From assembly GCA_016192455.1 (NCBI GenBank), contig JACPUC010000012.1:109735-129734 (forward strand): a stretch of DNA of 20,000 nt, written 5' to 3'. Under the pieces are notes generated by a model. The model saw only the letters and a program-made list of their open reading frames with translations. It made no database searches and had not been told where the DNA came from. This stretch comes from Candidatus Tectimicrobiota bacterium. GTDB taxonomy: Bacteria > JACPUC01. Below, piece by piece: positions 8,347-18,216 of the stretch; positions within the stretch are counted from its first letter, which is position 1, and each line of letters starts with the position of its first letter. The position numbers and the translations under genes were made by a program.

Positions 8347-9765
8347 TTACGCCGACGTGGATGCGGAGATCGAGGCTGCTTCGCGCAGTCGATTCACGCA
8401 GTCGAGGGCGGCCACCTTGTAGCACTCCGCCAGGGTGGGGTAGTTGAAGACCATGGTGAGGAAGTAGTCGATCGTCCCCTGGAAGTACATCACCGCCTGA
8501 CCGATGTGGATGATCTCCGTGGTGCCGGTGCCGATGCCGTGCACCGCGAGGAGGCGCCGCGTGTCCTGGTGCACGAGGACTTTCAGCATCCCCACGTCCT
8601 CGCCGAGGAGCTGGCCGCGGGCGATCTCGCGGTAGCGGGCCCGGCCTTGCTCGTAGGGCACTCGCGCCTTGGTGAGCTGCTCCTCCGTGGGGCCGATCAT
8701 GGAGATTTCGGGGATCGTGTAGATGCCGAAGGGGAGCAGCTCGGGCGTCGAGGCGCACTGCTCGCCGAAGGCGTGGCAACTGGCCAGGCGGCCCTGCTCC
8801 ATGGCCGTGGCGGCCAGGCTCGGGAAACCGATGACGTCCCCGGCGGCATAGATGGTGGGGACGCTCGTCTGGTAACACTCGTTGACCTTGATGCGGCCGC
8901 GCTCGTCGACCTCGATGCCCACCTTCTCCAAGCCCAGGCCGTCGATGGCGCCGGTCCGTCCCACCGCGTACAGCGCCGTGTGGGCGGTGATGCGCTTGCC
9001 GCTCAGCAGCTCGGCGACGACGCGGCGCTCGGCGCTCTTCGCCAAGCTCGCCACCTCCTCGCCCAGCAGCAGGGTCACCCCTTTCTGGCGCATGTGGTAG
9101 GAGAGCGCTTCAGAGATCTCGAGGTCAAGGAAACCGAGCAGGCGCGCCGACCGTTCCACCAGGGTGACCTTGACACCGAGGGCGGCGAACATACTGGCGT
9201 ACTCAGCGCCCACGATGCCGCCGCCGATCACCAGGAGGGTCGGCGGAATTTCCGCCAGGTGCAGGATGCCCTTCGAGTCGACGATGATCTCATCATCGAA
9301 GGGGATATGGCTGGGTCGGGTGGGGCTGCTGCCGGTGGCGATGACGATGAAGTCGGTGCTGCAGCGACGGTCTCCATCACCGCTTTCGATAAAGAGGGTA
9401 TGGGGGTCGATGAGGGCGGCGGCGCCGTAGATCACCTCAACGTTGTTGCGGGTGAGCTGCGACCGCACCACGGCGATCTCGTTGCGGATCACCTGCTCGC
9501 AGCGCGCCAGGAGGTCCGCCATCGCGATGCGCCGTTTCAGAATAAGGTTGGAGTCGTAGAAGGAGCGCTCGCGCAGCCCAGCCAGATAGATCACCGCTTC
9601 GCGCAGGCTCTTGCTGGGGATGGTGCCGGTGTTGATGCAGACGCCGCCGACGACGTGCTGGCGCTCGATGACCGCCACACTCTTGCCGAGCTTCGCCGCC
9701 TGAATCGCGGCTTTCTGACCGCCCGGCCCGCTGCCGATGACGACAAGATCATAGTGCTGAAGCAC
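8347..9765 (-). CDS. sthA: Soluble (Si-specific) pyridine nucleotide transhydrogenase
   Basis: Motifs IGSGPGGQKAA, GGVCINTGTIPSK (CxxxGT, with the second Cys replaced by Thr), IGGGIVGAEY, GDVIGFPSLA and FNYPTLAECYKVAA. Confidence 0.93.
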   Translation of the reverse strand: MLQHYDLVVIGSGPGGQKAAIQAAKLGKSVAVIERQHVVGGVCINTGTIPSKSLREAVIYLAGLRERSFYDSNLILKRRIAMADLLARCEQVIRNEIAVVRSQLTRNNVEVIYGAAALIDPHTLFIESGDGDRRCSTDFIVIATGSSPTRPSHIPFDDEIIVDSKGILHLAEIPPTLLVIGGGIVGAEYASMFAALGVKVTLVERSARLLGFLDLEISEALSYHMRQKGVTLLLGEEVASLAKSAERRVVAELLSGKRITAHTALYAVGRTGAIDGLGLEKVGIEVDERGRIKVNECYQTSVPTIYAAGDVIGFPSLAATAMEQGRLASCHAFGEQCASTPELLPFGIYTIPEISMIGPTEEQLTKARVPYEQGRARYREIARGQLLGEDVGMLKVLVHQDTRRLLAVHGIGTGTTEIIHIGQAVMYFQGTIDYFLTMVFNYPTLAECYKVAALDCVNRLREAASISASTSA

Positions 9766-10291
9766 GGTCCGGCATCCCTCATTGCGATGGGTTTCCGGCT
9801 CGCCCCTCGGCTGCGGGCGGTCGGGGACCTTCCCGGGCGGAGCGCCCGGCTCGTACCAGCGTCGCCGCCTCAGCTACCGGGAAGACGCGACCGCCGTCGG
9901 CTGCTCCTCGGGCTCGCCCTCCTCGATGCAGTGTGCGGGAAAACCGCGTTCATCGCAACCCTTCGTCAACGTCGGGCAAGGAGCGCCCGCGCCCTTCCAG
10001 GTGGCAAGCTCCGGGGAGCCGGAGTGGACCCCAGGGCCACCCCGAGCGGCGCAGCTCCTCGGCCGCGGGCGCCGCGCACCTCGGCCCTGCCTGCCGCGAC
10101 CGCGGCCCAGGCCGGCCGCCACCGGCAGGCGCGGAGAGGCGCCCCTTCTCTTGATCCCGGCGTCTCCGGCACTCGCCGTGCTCGGAAGTGTGGGAGATGC
10201 GTGGTCAACGACCGCCTGGCAGCGTGACGAGAGCGGCTGGAAGGGGATGCCTCTCAGCCGAGGCACGCCGTGTCACGAAAATGCTTGAGAC

Positions 10292-10320
10292 ATTCTACGG
10301 TCAGTATTACTCTTTGGCCA
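10292..10320 (-). promoter_or_regulatory. Possible sigma70 promoter facing sthA
   Basis: Minus strand TGGCCA-17 nt-TAGAAT in the AT-rich patch between the divergent sthA and RND genes. Confidence 0.3.
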
Positions 10321-10546
10321 TCACTTCTCTCGTGAAACGTTGACAGATTCCTCTAGCTGCGTGCTTGGAAACTACGGTAGAATTTGGGTAAACAAAAACC
10401 TCTTCGTTCTGGACCCTTCCTCGTGCACTGTTGTCTCTTTGGGTAGTGCCCCATCCCACCCCCAGGAAGAGGAAGCAGCGACGCAGCGCCCTGGCGGGAG
10501 AAGGCGGCTGCATGCACCCGAGAACGCCCTAAGGTGAGGCTAGACG

Positions 10547-12457
10547 ATGTACCTCTCGGCGCCCCTTGCACATTGGTCGGCGCGTCGTGCCCTGATGTTC
10601 CTCGCCCTCCTACCGGCCCTCCTTGCCGGCTGCACGTCCGACACCTCCCCCGGCGCTGGGGGCCCTCGTCCGCGGCTGATCGCCGTGCGCGCCGTGCCCG
10701 CCAAGCCAGGACAGCTTGAGCGCTCCATCACCAGTACCGGGACGACCTTCCCGCTCGCCGAGGTGAAGATCATGCCGCGCACTGATGGGCAGATCGCCAC
10801 GATCACGGTGCGCGAGGGGAGCGCGGTGCGGAAAGGCGACCTCCTCATCCAGCTCGATGATGCCATTGCCAGCCACCAACTGGCGCTGGCCGGGGCCGAG
10901 CTGGGAGCGGCGCGGGCGCGCCTGAAGAAGCTGCGCGCCGGGAACCTGCCCGAGGAGATCAAGCGGGCCGAAGCCGAGATGCGCCAGAGCCGCGAGGCGG
11001 TGAACCGGACGAAGGCCGAGCTGGCCTCGGCGCAGGCGCAGCTCCATGAGGCGAAGGAGAACCTGGCCGCCTTCGAGGACCTCTTCCGGCAGGGGGTCGT
11101 GAGCTCGCAGCGCCGACTGAACTGGCAGACGACGGTGGGGACCACGACCGCGCTCCTCGCCGAGAAAGCCGCCAAGCTGCGCGAGCAAGACGAGCAACTC
11201 GCGGTGGCCGAGGAGAAGCTGGTCCTGGTGCGACGCGGCTCGCGCAGCGAAGATATCGAAGCGGCGGCCAACGAGGTGCAGCGCGCCGAGGCGAACGAGC
11301 GGCTCCTGCGGACGCGGCTCGAGTACACGAAGATCACTGCTCCCTTCGCCGGCATCATCGCTGAGCGACTCGTCGAGGAAGGCGATCTCGCCTCCCTCGG
11401 CAAGCATCTGCTGACCCTCGTCGATCTTGCCGAGCTGCGCGCGCGCGCGCCGGTCTCGGAGATCGACCTGCCGGACCTGCGCGTGGGCCAGGACGCGACG
11501 ATCCACTTCGACGCCTTCCCCAAGGGGGTGTTCCATGGCCGCATCGCCAGCATCTTCCCCACCATCGATCCGGTCTCCCGCCAGGGGACCGTGGAGGTGG
11601 TGTTGCCGAATGCGAGCGGGGAGCTCAAAGCGGGCCTCTTTGCGCGCCTGAGCATGAGTCTCGGCAAGCGATCGTCGGCGCTGCTCATCCCGCGCAGCGC
11701 ATTGGCCCGATTGGCGGACGGGGAGATGTCGGTCTTTGTGCTTGATCCGGCGGCTGGCGAGGGAGGCCCCCCTGGCGGCCCGCGCGCGCAGGGGGCCGGA
11801 GGAGGCGCGGCGGGAGCGGGGGGAAAGCCGGGGGGGAGGCAGCGACCGCCGAGCCAGGGAACCGCCGAGGCTCCCGGCCTTGCGGCGAAGCGTCCGCAGG
11901 ATGTGGCGATGCGCCCGCCCGGCGCGGCAACCGCTGACCACGGTGGCCCCGCCGCCGAGGGAGGGAGGGGGGAATTACCCGCGAACCGGGAGAGTGCCTC
12001 GGAGCGGCAGGAGCGCGTCACCATGCAGTTCGGCGTCGATGGCGTGGTGAGCCAGGCGGAGGCCGCGGACCCCGGCGCCTCCCAGGGACGGCCGCAGGCG
12101 ACACGCGGAGAGGCGCCGGGCGGGGCGGCGCCGAGCGACGGCCAGAAGGGCGGCGCGCCGGCTGGCGAAGGCCGGGCGAGGCCGCGTGGGCAGGCGGTGC
12201 AACCGGGCGCTGCTGGGGGAGCGCCGCGGGGTGGTCCCCCGAGCCGCGTCCCTGGGCAGGCAGGAGGCGGGCCGGGCGGAGGCGGACCGGGCGGGCCGCA
12301 GGGACCGCTCTACACCGTGCGGCGCGTGGTCGTGCAGGTGGGTCTGGTGCAGGACAACACCGCCGAAGTGCTGGGCGGCCTGGGCGAGAATCAGCTCGTC
12401 CTGCTCTCTGGGCTCAGCGAGATCCCTGTCGGCGCGCGCGTCCGCGTGCGTGAGTAG
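10547..12457 (+). CDS. RND efflux periplasmic adaptor (MFP) lipoprotein with a large low-complexity insertion
   Basis: Lipobox LAGC (C29), lipoyl halves GQIATITVREGSAVRKGDLL and ITAPFAGII..VEEGD, a long coiled coil, IFPTIDPVSR, LKAGLF, and terminal EVLGGLGENQLV. Confidence 0.93.
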   Translation: MYLSAPLAHWSARRALMFLALLPALLAGCTSDTSPGAGGPRPRLIAVRAVPAKPGQLERSITSTGTTFPLAEVKIMPRTDGQIATITVREGSAVRKGDLLIQLDDAIASHQLALAGAELGAARARLKKLRAGNLPEEIKRAEAEMRQSREAVNRTKAELASAQAQLHEAKENLAAFEDLFRQGVVSSQRRLNWQTTVGTTTALLAEKAAKLREQDEQLAVAEEKLVLVRRGSRSEDIEAAANEVQRAEANERLLRTRLEYTKITAPFAGIIAERLVEEGDLASLGKHLLTLVDLAELRARAPVSEIDLPDLRVGQDATIHFDAFPKGVFHGRIASIFPTIDPVSRQGTVEVVLPNASGELKAGLFARLSMSLGKRSSALLIPRSALARLADGEMSVFVLDPAAGEGGPPGGPRAQGAGGGAAGAGGKPGGRQRPPSQGTAEAPGLAAKRPQDVAMRPPGAATADHGGPAAEGGRGELPANRESASERQERVTMQFGVDGVVSQAEAADPGASQGRPQATRGEAPGGAAPSDGQKGGAPAGEGRARPRGQAVQPGAAGGAPRGGPPSRVPGQAGGGPGGGGPGGPQGPLYTVRRVVVQVGLVQDNTAEVLGGLGENQLVLLSGLSEIPVGARVRVRE

Positions 12458-12768
12458 GAACTTCTTCCCCGACCCGCCGCGCCTCCGCATGGTGGCCGCG
12501 CGGCTGCCGCAGGGTGGCGCCGAGGCGCCGCCCCGAGGCCACAACCGTGGGGGGCGATCCTGGCGGCAGCAGTGGCACGGGGGAAAGCTCTCTTCCCGGA
12601 GGTCCGCGGGACAGGGTCGTGGTGCGGCACTCCTTCGCGGGAGGGAAAGCCGACATCCCGCAGCTAACCTGAGAGCTTGTCGGAGCGTGGTGATTGCGGC
12701 GCCGGGCGGCGACCTTCGCCCCGTGAAGGCGGACCGGTCATCCCTGCTGCCGGTGAGGAGGTTGAAGG

Positions 12769-15700
12769 GTGTCAGTCAGTGGGCTCTCCATTCGTCGCCC
12801 CGTGGGCGTTCTCATGCTTGGGCTCTGCGTCCTGGTGCTCGGCGGTTTCTTCCTGGCGCGCCTCCCCGTCGATCTCCTGCCGTCCATCGTCTACCCGCGC
12901 ATCGTGGTGATCGTGCCGTACCCCGGCGCCGATCCCGCCATCGTCGAGGAGCAGGTGACAAAGGTCCTGGAGCGCGAGCTCGCCACCACCGACGGCGTGG
13001 CGAAGATTCGCTCCACCACCCGCGAGGGGATTGCCTTCGTCAACCTCTTCTTCAACTTCGGCCGCAACATCGACGTGGCGCTCCAGGATACCGTCGCCCG
13101 CCTGAGCGTCGCCCAGGGGAACCTGCCGGAGGACGTGGACCCCGCCCGCGTCTTCAAGTTCGATCCCTCGCAATTGCCGATCATCGAGTTCGCCCTCAGC
13201 TCGGCGACGGTGACGGGCTCCGAGCTGCGCATCTATGCCGACGAGATTCTCTCCCGCCAGCTCGGCACGGTTCCCGGTGTGGCGGCGGCCCTCGTGCTGG
13301 GCGGCCAGAAGGAGGAGGTGCGGGTGCTGGTTGATTTCCCGCGCCTGCAGAGCTACGGCATCGGCGTGACCCAGGTGCTCGAAGCGCTGCGCAAGGAGAA
13401 CCTCGATGTCGCCGGGGGCCGGGTGACCACCCAGCTCCAGGAGTTCCAAAGCCGCACCTCCGGGAAGTTCGCCTCGGTCGATGAGATCGGCGGGATTCCT
13501 TTCCTGACGCGGGCCGGCAAGAAAATCTACCTGCGGGACTTCGCCGAGGTCGTGGACCTGGGGGCGGAGCAGCGCGTCTTCGCCTGGTTCGACGGCGCCG
13601 AGGCGATCAAGCTCTCGATTCTGAAGCAGCCGGACGCGAACACCGTCAGCGTCGCCGATGCCATCCGGGAGCGCATCCGGGAGCTGCGCGCCAGCGGCAT
13701 CCTGCCGCCGGCGATGGAGCTGCGACCGATCTACGACCAGAGCTGGTACGTGCGCACCTCGATCGATAACGTGTCGGTGGCGGCGGGTCTCGGCGGCCTG
13801 CTGGCGACGCTCATCGTCTTCTTCTTCCTGGGCAGTCTGCGCCGCACCTTCATCATCGCCCTCTCCATCCCCCTGGCGATCTTCGTCACCTTCATCTTCA
13901 TGGGGCTGGGCGGGCTGACCCTCAACATCTTCAGCCTCGGCGGCCTGGCGCTGGGGGTGGGGATGCTGGTGGACGGCGCCGTGGTGATGCTGGAGAACAT
14001 CCATCGCCACCAGCTCCACAAGGAGGAGCCCCTGCACGCCGCCCAGGTCGCCGGCAAGGAGGTCGAGTCGCCCCTCGTCGCCTCGACGCTCACGAACATC
14101 GTGGCCCTGGCGCCCTTCCTCCTCCTCGGCGGCTTCACCTCGCTCCTCTTCAAGGAGCTGATCCTCACCGTCATCTTCGCCTTCGCCGGCGCCCTCGTCG
14201 TGGCGCTCACCCTGGTGCCGATGCTGAGCGCCCGCTTGCTCGCGCTGCCGCGCACCAGCGGCTTGAACCGCACCCGCTTCTTCCGCGCCATCGAGCGCCT
14301 GCAGATCGCCATGACGACACGCTACGTGGGGGCCGTCGGGCGCGTCATCCGCCACCCCGCCCCATTCCTCATCGTGGCCCTCCGCCTCTTCGCCGCCAGC
14401 CTGCCCCTGGCAACCCAACTGGGCGCTGAACTCCTGCCGCAGAGCGATGACCATCGCGGCTCGATCTTCATCCGCCTGAAGCCCGGCGTGCGCCTGGCGG
14501 AGAACATCGAGACGGTGCGCCGCGTGGACAGCGTCGTGCGGCGCGATCCGAACGTGCTCGCCACCTTCGCCGTGGCCGGCGGGCGCATTTTCTCGCGTTC
14601 CACGTCGGAGGATGTGACGCGCGGCCAGATCGACTTCGAGGCGCGCCACACTGTCCCCACGTCGGTCGTCGCCAGCCAGTTGATGCGCAAGCTGCAGACG
14701 CTCGGCATTCCGGACACGCGCATCTTCGTCCGCGCCGCGAAAATCCGCGGCGTCGCCACCTCCTTCTCTACCCATAACAAGGACATCGGCTTCATGATTC
14801 AGGGCCCCGAGCTGCCGGTCTTGACCCAGCTTGTCTCCCTGGCCATGGACGCCGTGCGCCGGGTGCCCGGCCTGCTCAACGTCGATACGGAGGCGGACGA
14901 GCCCTCGCCGGAACTGCAGGTGGTCGTTGATCGGGAGCGGGCCATCGAGCTGGGCTTGCGGGTGGAGGACGTGGGGAACATCGTGAAGACCGCAGTGGAT
15001 GGGGTGGTGCCGACCCGCCTGCGGCGCGGCGACCGCGAGGTGGACCTGCGCGTGGAGTTCGCCAACACGAAAATCCGCAGCCCGAGCGACCTCGAGCGCT
15101 TGGCCCTGTTCACGCCAGGCGGGCAACGGGTGCCGCTCTACCATCTGGCGCGTGTCGTGGCGGCGATCGGCCCGGCCAGCATCACGCGCAACGACCAGTC
15201 GCGCATGATCGAGATCGCCGGAGATATCCGCGGTCGCAGCCTGGGCGAGGTGGCAGCGGACATTCGCGCCGCGCTGCGCACCCTTGATCTGCCCCCCGGC
15301 TACCACGTCGTGGAGGGGGAGGAGGAGCGCTCCCTGCGGGAGACGAACCGGAACCTCTTCATCATTGGGCTGCTGGCCGCCTTCCTCGTCTACGTCGTCA
15401 TGGCGGTGCAGTACGACTCCGTCATCAATCCGCTCGTCATCATGGGGACCGTGCCGCTGGCGCTGACCGGCAGCATCGTGGGCCTCTACGTCACGAAGAC
15501 GCCGCTGGGGGCGACGGTGCTCCTGGGGGTTATCCTCCTCGTCGGCATCGTGGTGAACAACGCCATCATCATGATCGAGTACATCGAGCAGCTCCGCAAG
15601 GAGCACGGCTACCCGCGCGCCCAGGCGGTGGTGACGGCGTGCGGTCTGCGCCTGCGACCCATCCTCATGACGAGCATCACCACCGTCGTCGGTCTGGTGC

Positions 15701-16188
15701 CGCTGGCGCTGGGGGTCGGGGAGGGCTCGGAGATGACCGCCCCGCTCGGCATCGTAGTCCTCTCCGGCGTTTCGGTCTCACTCCTGCTCACCCTCTTTAT
15801 CATCCCCTGCCTCTACCTCACCTTCGAGGACCTCGCGAACCTCGTGCGCCGCCTCGTCGGCGTGGCGCCACGCCTTGCCGCGGCGGGCCCCACTTTCGAT
15901 CCCGCCAACGTGCTCAATCCCATTGAGGAGCTGCGCATCAGTCTCAGAAGCGCGGCGAACGGCCGACCGTCCCCGGCGGTTGCGGCGCTGCCGGTCGACG
16001 GGATGGGCGACGGGATGGGCGACGCGGCGGCGTCTGCCGCGGGCAAGGAGGTTGGCGGCGCCGCCGCGGAGCCGCCTGAAAGCGCTGCCGCGCAGTCGCT
16101 TGCGAAGCCTGCTCAGGAAGCGGAGCACGACCACGATGGCGCGCCCACTAGCTCGTCGAAGCTGGAACGGGGGCAGTGGCTGATCTGA
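12769..16188 (+). CDS. RND efflux permease (AcrB/AcrD/AcrF family)
   Basis: 1139 aa. Motifs SIRRPV, LPVDLLP, YPGADP, DANTV, LNIFSLGGLALGVGMLVD, GIVVNNAI and RLRPILMTS. GTG start with GAGGAGG upstream. Confidence 0.96.
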   Translation: MSVSGLSIRRPVGVLMLGLCVLVLGGFFLARLPVDLLPSIVYPRIVVIVPYPGADPAIVEEQVTKVLERELATTDGVAKIRSTTREGIAFVNLFFNFGRNIDVALQDTVARLSVAQGNLPEDVDPARVFKFDPSQLPIIEFALSSATVTGSELRIYADEILSRQLGTVPGVAAALVLGGQKEEVRVLVDFPRLQSYGIGVTQVLEALRKENLDVAGGRVTTQLQEFQSRTSGKFASVDEIGGIPFLTRAGKKIYLRDFAEVVDLGAEQRVFAWFDGAEAIKLSILKQPDANTVSVADAIRERIRELRASGILPPAMELRPIYDQSWYVRTSIDNVSVAAGLGGLLATLIVFFFLGSLRRTFIIALSIPLAIFVTFIFMGLGGLTLNIFSLGGLALGVGMLVDGAVVMLENIHRHQLHKEEPLHAAQVAGKEVESPLVASTLTNIVALAPFLLLGGFTSLLFKELILTVIFAFAGALVVALTLVPMLSARLLALPRTSGLNRTRFFRAIERLQIAMTTRYVGAVGRVIRHPAPFLIVALRLFAASLPLATQLGAELLPQSDDHRGSIFIRLKPGVRLAENIETVRRVDSVVRRDPNVLATFAVAGGRIFSRSTSEDVTRGQIDFEARHTVPTSVVASQLMRKLQTLGIPDTRIFVRAAKIRGVATSFSTHNKDIGFMIQGPELPVLTQLVSLAMDAVRRVPGLLNVDTEADEPSPELQVVVDRERAIELGLRVEDVGNIVKTAVDGVVPTRLRRGDREVDLRVEFANTKIRSPSDLERLALFTPGGQRVPLYHLARVVAAIGPASITRNDQSRMIEIAGDIRGRSLGEVAADIRAALRTLDLPPGYHVVEGEEERSLRETNRNLFIIGLLAAFLVYVVMAVQYDSVINPLVIMGTVPLALTGSIVGLYVTKTPLGATVLLGVILLVGIVVNNAIIMIEYIEQLRKEHGYPRAQAVVTACGLRLRPILMTSITTVVGLVPLALGVGEGSEMTAPLGIVVLSGVSVSLLLTLFIIPCLYLTFEDLANLVRRLVGVAPRLAAAGPTFDPANVLNPIEELRISLRSAANGRPSPAVAALPVDGMGDGMGDAAASAAGKEVGGAAAEPPESAAAQSLAKPAQEAEHDHDGAPTSSSKLERGQWLI
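15997..16020 (+). repeat. 12-bp tandem duplication (GACGGGATGGGC x2) in the RND C-terminal tail
   Basis: Exact in-frame duplicate encoding DGMG DGMG. Confidence 0.8.
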
Positions 16189-16414
16189 GGCGGAGCGCCC
16201 GACGAGGTGCGGCGTCCCGCTTCCGAGCGAGGCGGCGGGCGCCTGGCGGCAAATTCCGCACGGAGCCCCGCGGCCGCGCGGGAACGCCGTGCTCGCTTTG
16301 ATTGGGGGGTGGAAGGGATTACTGATCCGCCGGAAGGCTTTTCCGGACGAAGGCAGGCTGAGGCGAGCCGCGCTCAGGCGCCGCTGTCTCTTCAGGGGAT
16401 TGCAGGCGTTGCCG

Positions 16415-18019
16415 TCACTCTGCGGGGCGCCTTCGCCTCCGCAGCTTCTCGCCGGTGCGGTAGTGCTCGCCTTCGATGGCGAGGCGGGCCTCCTCGTCGA
16501 GCTCCTCGTCCCACTGGCCCAGGGAGTAGCCGTGCCAGGGCTGGCGCGGCGTCAGCTCCGGCAGGTTCAGCTCCTGCCAGATCTTGCGGGCGTTCTCCAT
16601 GAACTCGCGCTTCGGCAGGGAGATCGGCGGGTAGGGCTCCTTCAGGATGGCGTTGACGAGCATCGCCGAATCATCAGCGGCGAGATCGTAGGACACCCGC
16701 TCCTCCGCCTCGCTCGTCCCCGCGAAGGGGGGCGCATGCCCCTTGCTGCGGCCGCGCAGAATCTGCACGTCGAGGTGCGGCTTCATGCGGTAGCACATGG
16801 CCCAGAAGACGGCATCGGCGTCCCAGGGATTGATGTCCTCGTCCACCGCCACGATGATCTTGCCGACGCCGGGGTGGAAGACCGCGGCGCCGTTCAGCGC
16901 CCGCCACACCTCGGCCTCATCCGGGTGGGCCATCTGCACCACGAGGAGCTTGCGCAGGTTCGTGAGAGGCTCGTGCATGGCGACGCGGACGACGCTTTTC
17001 AGCCCCAGGTCATCCCGCAGGAAGCGGGTGAAGAGCGGCTCGTAGCCGACCTTCTTGATGACGCTGCTCTCGCTCGGCGTCACCTGGCTGATGAAGGAGA
17101 CGTAGATGGCATCGCGCCGGTGCGTGATGGCCGTCACCTCCATGAACGGGTTGAGCTGGCGCGGGTGCATGTAGCCATGGGACTCTCCGAACGGTCCCTC
17201 CGGCTCCAGCTCCGTGGTGTCGATCCTCCCCTCGATGACGATCTCCGCCGTCGCCGGCACCTCGAGGTCCACGGTTTTGCAGCGCACCAGCTCCATCGGC
17301 TCGCCCGCCAGCCCTCCCGCCACGGCCAGCTCATCGACGCCGAACGGCACCTTCTGCACCGTGGCGTAGGCGATCACCGGTGGCCCGCCGATGACCACCG
17401 CCGCCTCGAGGGGCCGGCCTTTCGCCCGTGCCTTCTCCCAATGCAGGTAGATGTGCTGTCCCAGTCCCGAGGGGAAGAGGCCGAGGCGCAGCGGGCTCTT
17501 GATCTGGCCGCGGTAGTTGCCGGAGTTGCGGATGCCGGTCTGCGGGTCTTTGGTGATCCAGTGCGAGGCGGTGGTGTAGGGTGCGTTGTCGAACCCCGGC
17601 GTCGAGATGGGCACGGGGATCATGCCGAGGCCGCCGGCCGCCTCGAGCTGGGCGCCGGTGTGGACGACATCGTGCACCGGCCCCCGCTCGATGATCACCG
17701 GCTCGACGGGTTGGGCAAGGGCGTGGTTCCACCGTTCCCCCACCTCCTCCTCGCTGCAGCCCATCCCCAGGCAGTAGATGAGCGGCGACGCCGCCAGCGC
17801 CCCGACCACCACCGGGATGTCGTAGCGCTTCCCTTTGCTGTCGGTCACGTGCTCGAAGAGGAAGGCGGTGCGGCGCTCCTCCGGGATGCCGCCGCGGAAC
17901 TGCCAGCGCACCAGGGGGTGAATCTCGGTATCCTTGTTCATGGGCCGCGTCACGCGCACCAGGAGGCCTCGCTCATCCAGGAGGCGCAGGTGGTCGCGGA
18001 GGTCGCGGGAGGGTGGCAT
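16415..18019 (-). CDS. UbiD-family (prFMN-dependent) decarboxylase
   Basis: Motifs DLRDHLRLLDERGLL, TKDPQTGIRNSGNYR, VPATAEIVIEG, EPEGPFGESHGY and KIIVAVDEDINP...VFWAM. RBS GAGGA upstream. Confidence 0.95.
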   Translation of the reverse strand: MPPSRDLRDHLRLLDERGLLVRVTRPMNKDTEIHPLVRWQFRGGIPEERRTAFLFEHVTDSKGKRYDIPVVVGALAASPLIYCLGMGCSEEEVGERWNHALAQPVEPVIIERGPVHDVVHTGAQLEAAGGLGMIPVPISTPGFDNAPYTTASHWITKDPQTGIRNSGNYRGQIKSPLRLGLFPSGLGQHIYLHWEKARAKGRPLEAAVVIGGPPVIAYATVQKVPFGVDELAVAGGLAGEPMELVRCKTVDLEVPATAEIVIEGRIDTTELEPEGPFGESHGYMHPRQLNPFMEVTAITHRRDAIYVSFISQVTPSESSVIKKVGYEPLFTRFLRDDLGLKSVVRVAMHEPLTNLRKLLVVQMAHPDEAEVWRALNGAAVFHPGVGKIIVAVDEDINPWDADAVFWAMCYRMKPHLDVQILRGRSKGHAPPFAGTSEAEERVSYDLAADDSAMLVNAILKEPYPPISLPKREFMENARKIWQELNLPELTPRQPWHGYSLGQWDEELDEEARLAIEGEHYRTGEKLRRRRRPAE

Positions 18020-18216
18020 GGCGTGGTTCCTCGGCTTTTAGTCGCAGGATTTCTGCGAGGGAGCACCGCCCCTTCGCGCACCCCATTCGCGCGAGCGGCT
18101 GGGCAGCTCGCGGTGAGAGGGGCGGGTGGGGAAGCAAGGGTCTTCCACAAGATCCCTTCTTAACTAATGCTGCGCACAACCCCGTAAATCTGTCAGGGAA
18201 CTCTTACGACGCGATC

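Noticed and set aside
8347-9765. Possible dihydrolipoamide dehydrogenase (E3) for the E1 pair
   Set aside because: It has CxxxGT rather than the CxxxxC disulfide and NYPT rather than HPTxxE, both diagnostic of SthA.
6551-10227. Long ORFs 6551..8878 (-) and 8281..10227 (+)
   Set aside because: Antisense or alternative-frame shadows of the amidohydrolase and sthA genes.
10330-10347. TTGACA at 10340-10345 and a Rex-like TCGTGAA half-site
   Set aside because: No -10 element at 16-18 bp spacing, and the second half-site matches poorly.
12772-15606. 944-aa minus-strand ORF
   Set aside because: Antisense shadow of the RND gene caused by high-GC codon bias. It has no recognisable motifs.
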